Shown here in pieces: positions 18,885-29,900 of a DNA stretch of 63,766 nucleotides. Source of the stretch: an uncultured Verrucomicrobia subdivision 3 bacterium (GTDB lineage Bacteria; Verrucomicrobiota; Verrucomicrobiia; Limisphaerales; UBA11358); assembly GCA_903820285.1 (NCBI GenBank), contig CAIJGS010000008.1, positions 1 to 63,766 on the forward strand, read 5' to 3'. Numbering within the stretch: the first letter of the stretch is position 1; each line of letters begins with the position of its first letter. A model generated the notes under the pieces. It was not told where the DNA came from and did no database searches. It was given only the letters and a program-made list of their open reading frames with translations. The translations under genes were made by a program, and so were the position numbers.

Positions 18885-18904
18885 CCCCTGACCGCGGTTG
18901 CCCC

Positions 18905-19372
18905 GTGAAAAAATCCTGGCGCGAAAAACTGGCCAACGACAACGGGCTGCCCAAAGTCTGCGAAGTGAGCGGCGGCCAGGGCCCCCGTTCCGGCACCGGC
19001 CGCATGGTCATTGCCGCGCCCCGCGAAGTGGATGCCCTCATGAAAAAGGTGCCGCGCGGCCGCCTCACCACCATCAACGAACTCCGCGCCGCGCTGGCCC
19101 GCCAGCACGGCGCGGACTTTGCCTGCCCCCTCACCACCGGCATCTTCTCGTGGATCGCCGCCCACGCCGCCGCCGAGGCCGCCAGTGAAGGCCAGAAACG
19201 CATCACTCCCTACTGGCGCACCCTGAAAGCCGGCGGCGAAATCAACCCCAAGTATCCTGGCGGCGTGGACGATATCGCCCGCCGGCTGGCGGCCGAAGGC
19301 CATCGCATCATCGCCAAAGGCAAACGCCGGGTCGTCGCCGATTTCGATAAAAAACTATTCGCAGGCTTCTAA
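18905..19372 (+). CDS. MGMT-family DNA-binding-domain protein lacking the PCHR active-site cysteine
   Basis: 155 aa. VPRGRLTTINELRAALA...ITPYWRTLKAGGEINPKYPGG resembles the Ogt/ATL helix-turn-wing. Assigned from memory of the family, not from a search. Confidence 0.5.
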   Translation: MKKSWREKLANDNGLPKVCEVSGGQGPRSGTGRMVIAAPREVDALMKKVPRGRLTTINELRAALARQHGADFACPLTTGIFSWIAAHAAAEAASEGQKRITPYWRTLKAGGEINPKYPGGVDDIARRLAAEGHRIIAKGKRRVVADFDKKLFAGF

Positions 19373-19447
19373 AACCCCGGCCGGAAATGTATGCTGGGAA
19401 GGTTCAATGGGCCGTTGGATTAACCGGCCGGCCCATTGCCAAATCAC

Positions 19448-20830
19448 ATGCCAAACATTGTTGATGTGTTCATCCTCCTTTCCCTCGGCGCCGCCGCCGG
19501 CTTTTTCATCGGCTGGCTGCTCGGCACCCGCAAAGCGGCTGCACCCGCCGCGCCCGCCCCCAACGCCAATGCCGGCCTCGAAACCGAACTGCGCCAGCAA
19601 CTCGCCCAGCGCGAAACCGACCTCGCCCGCACCCGCGATCAGTTGACCCAAAGCCAGACCGCCCTGGCCACCGCCCAGGCCAACCAGTCCGCCGCCGAAA
19701 AAATGCTCGCCGGCCAGAAAGAACTGTATGCCCAGGCCCAGGCCGACGCCAAGGCCGCCCAGGAAAAAGCCCTTGCCGACCTCCGCGACACCTTCAAAGC
19801 CCTCAGCGCCGATGCCCTGAAACAGTCCGCCCCCGAATTCCTCCGCCTCGCCGAGCAAAGCTTCGGTAAATTCCAGGAAACCGCCAAGGGCGACCTCGCC
19901 CAGCGCCAGGAAGCCATCAAAGGCCTCGTCGAACCGCTCAAACAGCAGCTCGATAATTATCAGCGCAATTTGCAGCAGAACTCGGCCGCTCAATCCTCCA
20001 CCCTCGGCGAAGTTAAAAAACAGCTCGAACTCCTCTCCCAGCAGAGCACCACCCTGGCCCAGGAAACCCAGCAGTTCCGCCTCGTCCTCCACTCCAACCA
20101 GGCCCGGGGCCGCTGGGGTGAGGAAACCCTGCGCCGCGTCGTCGAAGCCGCCGGCATGAGCGCCCATTGCGATTTCACCGAACAGTCGCAATCTGAGGAC
20201 AAGAAGCCCGACCTCGTCGTCCGTCTGCCCGGTGACCGTTTCATCATCGTGGATGCCAAGGTCCCCGACCTTGATTTCCTCACCGCCCTCGAGAGCGCCG
20301 ACGCCGTGAAACGCGCCGACTCCCTCACCGCCCACGCCGCCAAATTAAAAGCCACCATCAAGGCCCTCGCCGACCGTGATTACCCCAGCCAGTTCCCCAA
20401 CGCCCTCGACTACGTCGTGCTCTTCGTCCCCGCCGAATCCCTCTTCAGCGCCGCCTTGGAAGGCGACCGCGACCTCATCATCTGGGCCGCCGAAAAGCGC
20501 ATCCTGCTCGCCACCCCCGCGTCCTTGATCGCCCTGCTCCGCTCCGTCGCCGTGAGCTGGCAGCAACACGCCCAGACCGAGAACGCCCAGAAAATCGCCG
20601 AAGCCGCGCAACTCCTTTTCACCCGCGTCGTCACCTTCACCGAACATCTGGAAAAAATCCGGGGCGGCCTTGAAACCGCGAACAAAGCATTTAATCAGGC
20701 CGTCGGCAGCTACGAATCCCGCGTCCGCCCCGCCGGCGAAACCCTCCAAAAACTCGGCGCCGCCACCGGCGCCAAAGAACTCACCGAACTCGCCCCCCTC
20801 GACGCCACCCTGCGCCTAACCTCTAGCTGA
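19448..20830 (+). CDS. rmuC: DNA recombination protein RmuC
   Basis: ORF track starts at TTG 19436; the first ATG is at 19448. N-terminal TM, long coiled-coil, then the nuclease-like core KPDLVVRLPGDRFIIVDAKVP...VLFVPAESLF. Confidence 0.85.
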   Translation: MPNIVDVFILLSLGAAAGFFIGWLLGTRKAAAPAAPAPNANAGLETELRQQLAQRETDLARTRDQLTQSQTALATAQANQSAAEKMLAGQKELYAQAQADAKAAQEKALADLRDTFKALSADALKQSAPEFLRLAEQSFGKFQETAKGDLAQRQEAIKGLVEPLKQQLDNYQRNLQQNSAAQSSTLGEVKKQLELLSQQSTTLAQETQQFRLVLHSNQARGRWGEETLRRVVEAAGMSAHCDFTEQSQSEDKKPDLVVRLPGDRFIIVDAKVPDLDFLTALESADAVKRADSLTAHAAKLKATIKALADRDYPSQFPNALDYVVLFVPAESLFSAALEGDRDLIIWAAEKRILLATPASLIALLRSVAVSWQQHAQTENAQKIAEAAQLLFTRVVTFTEHLEKIRGGLETANKAFNQAVGSYESRVRPAGETLQKLGAATGAKELTELAPLDATLRLTSS

Positions 20831-20876
20831 GGCGGGAGGCAAACACTGGAGTCTGGATATCGGATGCGGGATGGAT

Positions 20877-21244
20877 GGGAATCTTGATATATCTTGATAA
20901 AGCTGGATTTAAAGGGAAATTCGCGCAGTGGATTCCGATTTTGGGTCATGGGAGCAATAACGGCGGGCATCAGTTGGCTTTCGGCATCATGCGGTCAAAC
21001 TTAAAAGCGTGTTGTCCAATATCCGGGATTCTTGATATACCTTGATTTTTGCGAAAACAAAAGGGTTTGAACGTATAATTGCAGGAATACGATGGCATCG
21101 GCGATAAGGTTTGTGCTTCATTTATATGGGGTGGCACGGCAGTTCCAGCCCTACCGGTCAGAGTCCCGGCGGTTCTTTCTGGGGGTACCAATCGCATGCT
21201 GGAATTACCTTGATAAGGCTTGATTTGGCTTGAATTACGTTGAT
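20877..21244 (+). repeat. Three clusters of exactly 10-bp-phased (C/G)TTGA(T/A) direct repeats (iteron-like)
   Basis: TTGA begins at 20884 and 20894; at 21032 and 21042; and at 21210, 21220, 21230 and 21240. The first two clusters are copies of one 22-mer (GGGAATCTTGATATATCTTGAT and GGGATTCTTGATATACCTTGAT, 20/22). Confidence 0.85.
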
Positions 21245-21456
21245 TTTGTCGGATTGGTGGCTGGTGTATGGGAATGACGGAACGGTTCTGCAAAGGCAAT
21301 GCCGGGCGGTTTTCAAGGGCCAAAAGCGGCCAGGGGTGGGCGACCGTGAGCCGGTGAAGCCGACGAGCTGGCCGGTCGGATGTGACCACGCGCTGACGTT
21401 CACGGCAATGCGTGGCGCAACCTGGCAGGCGGGCTTCCGGCCCGACGGGAAAGTCC

Positions 21457-21478
21457 ACTTTGTGAACGTTCACAAAGT
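21457..21478. repeat. 22-bp perfect palindrome ACTTTGTGAACGTTCACAAAGT
   Basis: Read directly from the sequence. It is its own reverse complement. It lies in non-coding DNA about 215 bp after the last TTGAT cluster. Confidence 0.9.
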
Positions 21479-21851
21479 AAATATAGCACAGGTTTTCAAA
21501 AGTCAAACCAGCCTAACGCTGGGTCCATTTTTTGGGGGGAGAAAACGGCTCAACGCGCATTACACCTAAACGGGCGCCCCCCTCTTTGCGCCTTACCGTC
21601 TTCGCGTTAAATCCGAGAACATGCCCCAATCCGATCTCCCGCCTCGAAGATCAAACCAAATCAAACCATTTTGCAGGCCCCATATCCTCAGCGCCGACCT
21701 GGCTGCCTGACGCCCCACCCACCGCCTTCCCGGCTGCCGCCATTTTGTTTACATCCACATTGACAAAAACTGGTTTCCTTCCATCCTCAAAAAGTTACAA
21801 CCATGACCGACCGCCAAGACGCGGCCGACTCCCTGGCAGACAACTACAAAT

Positions 21852-22109
21852 ATGCAAACCATCTCTGAGCTGAGCGGATTTTTAGGCGCGACCTTTGCAC
21901 TCGGATTTTTTGTGGCCGATGTCCTGGTGGCCATCGGGGTGTATCGGGATGCGACCGCGCGACAGAAAGCCGGTAAGCAGCTCATGATCCTGACGCCCGG
22001 CTACTGGTCCTGCGTGTGTCTGGTCACCTGTCTGGCGGGGCTGGCGTTGTATTGGGTGGCTCACTATTCCACCTTCTCCAAAATCAGCGACGACGATAAA
22101 AAAGGCTAA
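21852..22109 (+). CDS. Possible small membrane protein (85 aa, 2-3 TM)
   Basis: MQTISELSGFLGATFALGFFVADVLVAIGVY...LTPGYWSCVCLVTCLAGLALYWVAHY. The hydrophobic pattern is plausible, but no family was recognised and there is no clear RBS. Confidence 0.35.
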   Translation: MQTISELSGFLGATFALGFFVADVLVAIGVYRDATARQKAGKQLMILTPGYWSCVCLVTCLAGLALYWVAHYSTFSKISDDDKKG

Positions 22110-22134
22110 CCAGCATAGTGGTGCGTGAGCGTCC

Positions 22135-22394
22135 GTTTGGAGTTCCGCCTTTAGGCGGCGGGCATGCGGGGGGACCGGCTGAAGCCCGAACCATGCAGTT
22201 GAAAACATTTCTTAACCACGGATGCACACCGATAGACACGGATGCGAAGGCACTGCTGGACTTAAAAAAGTAGCCCCAATGAGTGAACCATGGATATCGG
22301 TCATAAATCGCGTTCATCCCCGTCTTTATCTGTGTTCATCTGTGCCCATCTGTGGTTGAACTGCATTGTTACGGCTGAAGCCGGAACACCAAAC
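22135..22394. repeat. About 260-bp MITE/REP-like compound inverted repeat
   Basis: Termini are GTTTGGAGTTCCGCC (22135-22149) and, as reverse complement of 22380-22394, GTTTGGTGTTCCGGC (13/15). Inner arms are TTAACCACGGATGCACACCGATAGACACGGATG versus the reverse complement TTCAACCACAGATGGGCACAGATGAACACAGAT. There is an extra GGCTGAAGCCCGAAC copy in the left arm. No transposase is present. Confidence 0.7.
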
Positions 22395-22461
22395 CTATGA
22401 GCTGGTGGGATTGCCCGGACTTTTGCAATGACGGGAATCAAATACTTTTGCCCCAAGCCAA

Positions 22462-23709
22462 TCATTCGCATGCGTGGCGCGGCCGCAGCAAGCCATCCGA
22501 AGCCTTGGGATACGCCACCCAGAAAAAGACCAGCACCACGGCGACGGTGAGCGAAACACCGCTCCAAAAGAGCGTCCAGTTCGCGCCTTCCGGCCGGCCG
22601 CAGACGGTAAACCAGGCCCCCATGCCGAGATAACCGATCAGGTTCCCCACCCCGTTGTTCATGAGCGTCATCAAGGCCTGGGCCCGCGCGCGCCAGGCCA
22701 CTTCCACGCGCTGTTCCAAGTAGATCTGGCCGGTGATGAAGAAATAGACAAACGACACCCCGTGCAACGACACCCCCGCCAGCAGCCAGTATTTGCTGTC
22801 CACCGCGCTCAAGCCAAACCGTACCACCCCCGCGGCCAGGCCCAGGGCAAAGATCCATTTCAGCCGCCATTTCAGCAGGAACGCCCCCACGGTAAACATG
22901 CCGATAATCTCCGTGATCTGGCCCAGCGACATCCACGCGCTGGTATGAGTCAGCCCCAGCTGCTGCATATGCGCCGGGGAATAAGGATAAAACGCCGCGA
23001 TCGGAATCGCGTACAGCGCGGTGGTGATGAATACCACGCGATGCTCCGGATTGCGGAGCAAAGTGAGCGCGTCCAAGCCGAGCCGCTCATGCCAGGTGAG
23101 ATTGGCCACGGCCGGCGGCGTTTCCAGTTCCGGCAGGCAATAAGTGAATCCCGCCACGAGCAACCACAACACCGACCCGGCAAACCCGGCCAGCGCAGAA
23201 GTGTCCGCCCCCAAGGCGCTCACCAGCCAGCACCCGGCCATCCAGCCGATCGTGCCCATGGCGCGCACCGGCCCGAATTCCTTTTTGGCATCCTTCAGCC
23301 GGCTGAAGACAATGGTACTGGCGATGCTCCACGAGGGCGCGGTACAGAAGGCGTGCAGTTGAATCAGCGCCAGCACCAGCCAGGGATTCAAGTTAAAATG
23401 AATGGCCGCGCTGGCGATGGCCATGGCGATGGCCGTGGCCACGGACAATCCCCGCAACACCTTCACCGGCGAGGCATGACGGTCCGCCATCGCCCCAAAC
23501 ATCAGCGGCGAAACGAAAGCCGCCAGCGCGGCGGTGGCAAACGCCAGCGGCTTCAGATGATGCATGCCATGCGCGTCCAGCACCGTGCCCAAAGGCACAA
23601 ACCAGGCGGCCATGGCGGCCCCCTGGATGAAGAACAGCCCCATCAACTCGAAATATTCCGCCCGCTGCAACGTCTTGAACACGCGCAAGGAACTCATGAA
23701 TGGCGGCAA
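22462..23709 (-). CDS. MFS transporter (nucleoside:H+ symporter-like)
   Basis: 415 aa with about 12 TM. AEYFELMGLFFIQGAAMAAWFVPLGTVLDAHG resembles NHS-family carriers. The subfamily call is tentative. Confidence 0.75.
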   Translation of the reverse strand: MPPFMSSLRVFKTLQRAEYFELMGLFFIQGAAMAAWFVPLGTVLDAHGMHHLKPLAFATAALAAFVSPLMFGAMADRHASPVKVLRGLSVATAIAMAIASAAIHFNLNPWLVLALIQLHAFCTAPSWSIASTIVFSRLKDAKKEFGPVRAMGTIGWMAGCWLVSALGADTSALAGFAGSVLWLLVAGFTYCLPELETPPAVANLTWHERLGLDALTLLRNPEHRVVFITTALYAIPIAAFYPYSPAHMQQLGLTHTSAWMSLGQITEIIGMFTVGAFLLKWRLKWIFALGLAAGVVRFGLSAVDSKYWLLAGVSLHGVSFVYFFITGQIYLEQRVEVAWRARAQALMTLMNNGVGNLIGYLGMGAWFTVCGRPEGANWTLFWSGVSLTVAVVLVFFWVAYPKASDGLLRPRHACE

Positions 23710-23913
23710 AATTCAAGCCCAGAGCGCAAGGTTGGCAACCGGCCTTGCCTCCTCGGCAGATAAAAAATTCAGCAGCCGGGGCCGGGACGGAAAAATATTG
23801 CCCGGCGCCCCATTGACGAAAAAGGCCACCCAAAAACAACCTTGACATAAGACGCACCATTTTAAAGCATTATGACATTGTTGGGCGTTCCCAGCGGAAC
23901 GGGCAAAATCCAA

Positions 23914-24609
23914 ATGAATTATAAGGCAAAGAAAAATATGAAAACGGCACATTGCAAATTCATCCTGTCTTTTATGGCCGTGGCCGGACTGGCAGCTTCC
24001 ACGGAAGCAACCCTTACGCCGGTGACGGTCTCGTGGAATTCCGGTTACAAGCTGCTGAACACGGACGGCAATGCGAACGACACCTTTGCCCAGTTCATCT
24101 CCGGCTCCCACCCGTTTGTGGACGCGTTCAATTTCGATTCGCTCACGACCAACATCCTGAACACCCTCACCACCAGCAATATCAGCATCGTTCCAGCCAC
24201 GATTGTTCAAGGCGGCGGAGGCTTCGGCTACCCCGTCGGCAATTACACCACTGGCATCGGCGCCCTCAACACCATCATGGCCAACGGACTTCAGGGTGGC
24301 AGCGGAGTTGGCGCCATGGATTTTGAGCTTACCGGTTTGACTCCCGGAACGACCTATGAGATCGAGCTTTTCGCCACGACCTCCGCCGAGAACCTGGCCG
24401 GAACCGTTGAGGGGCCAGGCACCGCGGGCGCTGGCTGGTTTGATACTGGCACGTTTACAGCCTCGGCCGCCACCGAGGTGTTTGATATCACGGGCGGCAA
24501 CAATAACGAAGCCAACCTGGTCCTGGTCACCCAAGTGCCCGAGCCGGCTACCTTGGCCCTCGCCGGTACCGGTCTCGCCGGCTTGCTGGCCCTGCGCCGG
24601 AAAAAGTAA
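23914..24609 (+). CDS. PEP-CTERM sorting-domain secreted protein
   Basis: ORF track gives 23872..24609. The likely start is at 23914 or 23938 (MKTAHCKFILSFMAVAGLAAS). The C-terminus VPEPATLALAGTGLAGLLALRRKK is a canonical PEP-CTERM tail. Confidence 0.85.
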   Translation: MNYKAKKNMKTAHCKFILSFMAVAGLAASTEATLTPVTVSWNSGYKLLNTDGNANDTFAQFISGSHPFVDAFNFDSLTTNILNTLTTSNISIVPATIVQGGGGFGYPVGNYTTGIGALNTIMANGLQGGSGVGAMDFELTGLTPGTTYEIELFATTSAENLAGTVEGPGTAGAGWFDTGTFTASAATEVFDITGGNNNEANLVLVTQVPEPATLALAGTGLAGLLALRRKK

Positions 24610-24628
24610 TCGAATCAATATCCGCCAA

Positions 24629-24657
24629 CCCCGGTGATCACCCTCACCGGGGTTTTT
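24629..24657 (+). terminator. Rho-independent terminator after the PEP-CTERM gene
   Basis: CCCCGGTGA-tcaccc-TCACCGGGG followed by TTTTT. Confidence 0.7.
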
Positions 24658-24767
24658 CATTTATCCGGGAGGCGGTTTCAGGGCAGCGTTAATCCTCTGG
24701 TTAACCTTTCATGAATTCGCACCGGCGCATGAGCGCTGCCTTGACCTTTGGCGCAGGCAATTTATGA

Positions 24768-26069
<1,302 letters not shown>

Positions 26070-26100
26070 TCACCGGTCAAAAGATTCGTATCTTTACACC

Positions 26101-26132
26101 AAACCGCCCCGGGAAACCGGGGCGGTTTTTTT
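26101..26132 (+). terminator. Rho-independent terminator after eno
   Basis: AAACCGCCCCGG-gaaa-CCGGGGCGGTTT followed by TTTTT. Confidence 0.8.
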
Positions 26133-26393
26133 GATGCGGCCAACCGGCAAAGTCGCGGCTTTGGCAGTGGTTCTGCAGCTCCAAGCACCCGGATGCGTAT
26201 CAGGTCTTTCCCGTACAAGGGTCCGAACCAATTAGCGGAGGCACCAAGTTGCTATCACTTGATTCACAAGCAGATCAGCGCATTTTCCGACCGCCAACGA
26301 TTCACCCTCAAAAACCCGTTTTTATCCCGCCCGGACAAATACCAGTTGCGAGCCTCCGGTTCCGTGATAAATTGCCCATTAGAAATGATTTAC

Positions 26394-26924
26394 ATGAAAA
26401 CACTACTCCTACTCCCCCTCGCATTCGTCGTCACCACCGGCCTGCAGGCCGAGGAAGCCGCCTTTCAGGCCTCCCTCACGCCGGATATCGCCATTTATCC
26501 CCGCACCACGGAAATTCACGGGCTCTCCCTGAACATCTGGGGCGAGAATCCGCAGCAAAGCCTTAACCTCGGCTTCGTGAACGGTAGCACCGGCGACAGC
26601 GGTGGCCTGAGCTGGGGTCTGGCAAATTACTCCGACACCTACACCGGCGTGGCGTGGGCCTGGGTCAATTACAGCAAAGTGAAATTTACCGGGTGGCAGG
26701 ATGGCCTGCTGAACATCTCCCAGGGTAATTTCATCGGCCTGCAATCGGGCTGGATCAACGTGGCGGAAGAATTTCACGGCCTTCAGCTCGGCCTGCTGAA
26801 TTACTCGGAAAACCTCAACGGCGTGCAGGTGGGTTTTATCAATGTGGCGCGCAACAATCCGTGGTTCACGGAATTTCCGGACAAGCTGGCTACCGGCTTC
26901 CCGTTTGTGAACTGGTCGTTCTGA
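26394..26924 (+). CDS. Secreted repeat protein with eight G-x-Q/S-x-G-hydrophobic-x-N-hydrophobic units (LA_2272-like surface repeat)
   Basis: ORF track gives 26193..26924. The signal peptide MKTLLLLPLAFVVTTGLQA starts at 26394. Repeats include GLQSGWINVAE, GLQLGLLNYSE and GVQVGFINVAR. The family name is from memory only. Confidence 0.65.
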   Translation: MKTLLLLPLAFVVTTGLQAEEAAFQASLTPDIAIYPRTTEIHGLSLNIWGENPQQSLNLGFVNGSTGDSGGLSWGLANYSDTYTGVAWAWVNYSKVKFTGWQDGLLNISQGNFIGLQSGWINVAEEFHGLQLGLLNYSENLNGVQVGFINVARNNPWFTEFPDKLATGFPFVNWSF

Positions 26925-26940
26925 TCATTTCATGACCCAC

Positions 26941-26972
26941 AAAACTGGCAGCGGTTTCCGCTGCCAGTTTTT
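26941..26972. terminator. Bidirectional terminator between convergent genes
   Basis: AAAACTGGCAGCGG-tttc-CGCTGCCAGTTTTTT. The A-run and T-run flank a 10-bp GC-rich stem. Confidence 0.8.
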
Positions 26973-29900
26973 TCATTTCCAAGTGAAACCGCCGCGGACG
27001 GTGTTGACGCTTCTGTCCGTGCCGGTGACGTCCATTTCAAATAGACCACCGGCGGCATTGGTAAATTGCAGTTGCAAATAATTCTGCCCTAGGTTGGTGC
27101 CAAGCGGTGAGGCGGCATTCAGCAGCAGAACCGCGCCCGCCGGACTCCACGCAGCGGCTGAATAACTGCCCGCGATAACCACTTGCGGACTCGCACCAGG
27201 GCCTGAAAAAGACTCCGTGTAATTCGTACCAGCCAAGGCATAAACGGAAGTCACCGGACTGCCCGTCGCCGTCAGGCGAAACGTGTGGCCAGACCAGGCC
27301 GCTGGTGCCAGATTGGCGGCTGTTTGGAAAATGACATCCACTCCGTAAGGATATATCTGCGAACGGTCAAAACTCGCATTATCTGGAGAAAAAAAGTACA
27401 CCTGCATATTTTGAACATTCACGCCAGCCATCAATACCGGGGCCTCATACTGAAAACTTAACTGCGCGGTTAGGGTAGAACTATAATAAGGTACCGGCGG
27501 ATTCAAATCATAGGTATAATAGCCCACCCCGGAATTATTCATCGCATTGGTGGAAAATTGCGTAAAGGTATTGGGGCCGAAGCTGAACCATACGGTGGTG
27601 CCGTCAGGCGATAGGCCCGAAGCATTTAAACCCGCCAGGGACGAGGGCACCTGGCCTAGGGAGAACTGCATGACACCACTCGTAACGCTGCCATATGGGT
27701 TAGAAACTACCACGCGATATTGCCCAAAATTGGTGATCGCGAATGGTTCTAAGCTAATGAATGAATTGGTCTGTCCCGGCAAAGGATGGCCATTCAACAA
27801 CCATTGAAAGGTCAGTGGCCCACTGCCGCTTCTTTGGAAAAATAGGAAGCCAGCACCCCCCAAGTAAACCGGCTGATTAGTAGTATAAGAAAGAATTACC
27901 GGCGGACCGGCCACGGTCAAGGCGGCCACGGTGCTGGTCACGCAGCCGTAATTATTGGATACCACGACAAAATAACCACCATTCATCAAGCCGCTGACCC
28001 CGGGGAAACTTAAAACCGGCCCGGTGGGTGATGAGATGGCGTTGGTAAAATAACCAGGATACTGAGGCGATCCAAATTCGGTGATAAAATACCAGATATA
28101 ACTCAAGGGACCCGTCCCGGTGGCATTTACTGAGATTGTCGCCGTTCGCCCGGCGTTTACAATGGTGTTTTGCGGCTGGGTCACGATGGCGGGCGCATAC
28201 GCCAGCGAGAGCAACGCCGGACTGCTGGTAATGCTCCCATACGGGCTGCTAACGATGACTCGATAATTGCCGGCATCACCGGTGCCGACCGAGGGCAACG
28301 ACAACAGAAAGGCATTCTGCCCGGAAAGACTTTTGCCGTTGAGTTGCCATTGATAAGCCAGCGGACCGTCGCCGACGGCACCAACGCTGAATAACACACT
28401 GCCACCCATCAAGGAAAATTGGCTGGCTGGCTGGCTGGTAATGGCAGGCAGCAGGTTTTCATCCGCCACCAGCATGAGGTTCGATTGCATCGCGAAGGAT
28501 AGCGTGGTTCGATTCGTGAGCAGGTTCAGGTTTTCATCCAGCCAACCGGAAAACACCCACCCAGCGGCGGGTACGGCGGTGACACTGTAATTTTTCCCGA
28601 GCTCCAGCCAGGCATTGGAGTAGTTGGGCGAGATGGTCCCCTGCCCGTTCACCAAAACCTGGAGCCGGTTGGTCACCACATAGTCCAGGGCCAGCGTATT
28701 GGTAAGCGATGCGTTACCGGCGGAGTCCTGCGCGAAGATTTGGAGCTGATTGGTGCCGGGAATGAGATTGAGCGCCGCCGACCAGTTGGTGAAACCCAGC
28801 GCATTCGTCCACCCGGTGTTGTTCAGTTGATATTGCACGTCCGCCACCTGCCAGTTATCACTCGCCCGGCCTTTGACGGTAAATACGCTGTTGCTCCACC
28901 GCTGGCCGCTGACCAGATTCGTCACGGTCAGGACCGGTCGGGTAACGTCCACGAAGTTGGCAGTCAAAACCAGATTGGAGGCCATGGTAAACGTCAGCGC
29001 CGGTTTGCTGCCGGTTACGCTGCCAGTCCAGTTGGTGAACACAAAACCAACGCCCGGTGTGGCCGTGATCGTGTAGGATTGCCCAACCGCCAGCAGGGCA
29101 TTGCTATAATTCGGCGAAATGGTGCCAAGCCCCGTGGTCAGCAATTGCAACGGTGCCGACACCACGTAGTTGATGATGGTGGAATTGGTCAGGGATGCAT
29201 TGCCAGTGGTATCCACGGCGTAGGCCTGAAAGGTGTTATTGCCGGGAATCAGCGTCACATTCGCCGACCAATTACTGGCACCGATGGCGGTATTCCAACC
29301 TGCGCCATTGATCTGGTATTGAACCCGGGCCAACTGCCAATTGTCGCTGGCCACGCCTTTGACGGTAAATACGCTGTTACTCACACGCTGACTGCTGACC
29401 AGATTCGTCACGGTCAAGCTGGGCCGGGTGACATCCACGAAGTTCGCAGTCAAAACCAGATTGGACGCCATGGTGAAGGTCAGCGCCGGCTTGCTGCCGG
29501 TCACACTGCCGGTCCAGTTGGCAAACGTAAAGCCGGCGGCTGGCATGGCCGTGATCGTGTAGGGCTGGCCCACCGCGAGGAGGGCATTGCCGTAGTTGGG
29601 AGAAATGGCACCGAGCCCCGTGGTCAGCAATTGCAATGGTGCTGATAGCACGTAGTTGATGGTGGTGGAATTGGTGTATGAATTGTTGCCGCCGGCATCC
29701 ACCGCATAAACCTGAATGGTATTGTTACCGGGGATCAGTGTCACATTGGCCGACCAGTTGTTGGTGCCCGTGGCGGTATTCCAGCCGGTACCGTTGACCT
29801 GATACTGAACGCTGACGACCTGCCAGTTGTCGCTGGCGGTGCCATGAAGGTTAAACACGCTATTGCTCCAGTGCTGACCGTTAACGGGGGCGGTAATCAC

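Noticed and set aside
21132-21147. Sigma-54 promoter-like TGGCACGGCAGTTCC.
   Set aside because: The -24 GG element and spacing fit, but the -12 element reads TTCC instead of the near-invariant TTGC. No enhancer-binding protein gene or obvious downstream gene is present.
21444-21458. RNase P RNA-like GGGAAAGTCC motif.
   Set aside because: Only the 10-mer matches. The expected following GGGC and surrounding P4/P2 pairing partners are absent. The motif runs directly into the 22-bp palindrome.
21457-21478. Palindrome as parS, CRP/FNR box or LexA box.
   Set aside because: The parS half-sites are GTTTCAC|GTGAAAC, whereas here the order is GTGAAC|GTTCAC. CRP needs TGTGA-N6-TCACA, whereas here the spacing is N4. 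The FNR pattern TTGAT-N4-ATCAA is absent. It does not match the TGTTC-N4-GAACA pattern I recall for Verrucomicrobia LexA. It is kept as an unassigned operator-like site.
20970-21569. ORFs 20970..21506 (-, 178 aa) and 21240..21569 (+, 109 aa) in the gene-free island.
   Set aside because: Composition is not protein-like (runs of R/P/Q/N). They read straight through the TTGAT iterons and the 22-bp palindrome. No motif was recognised and there are no signal or TM features. I treat the region as non-coding.
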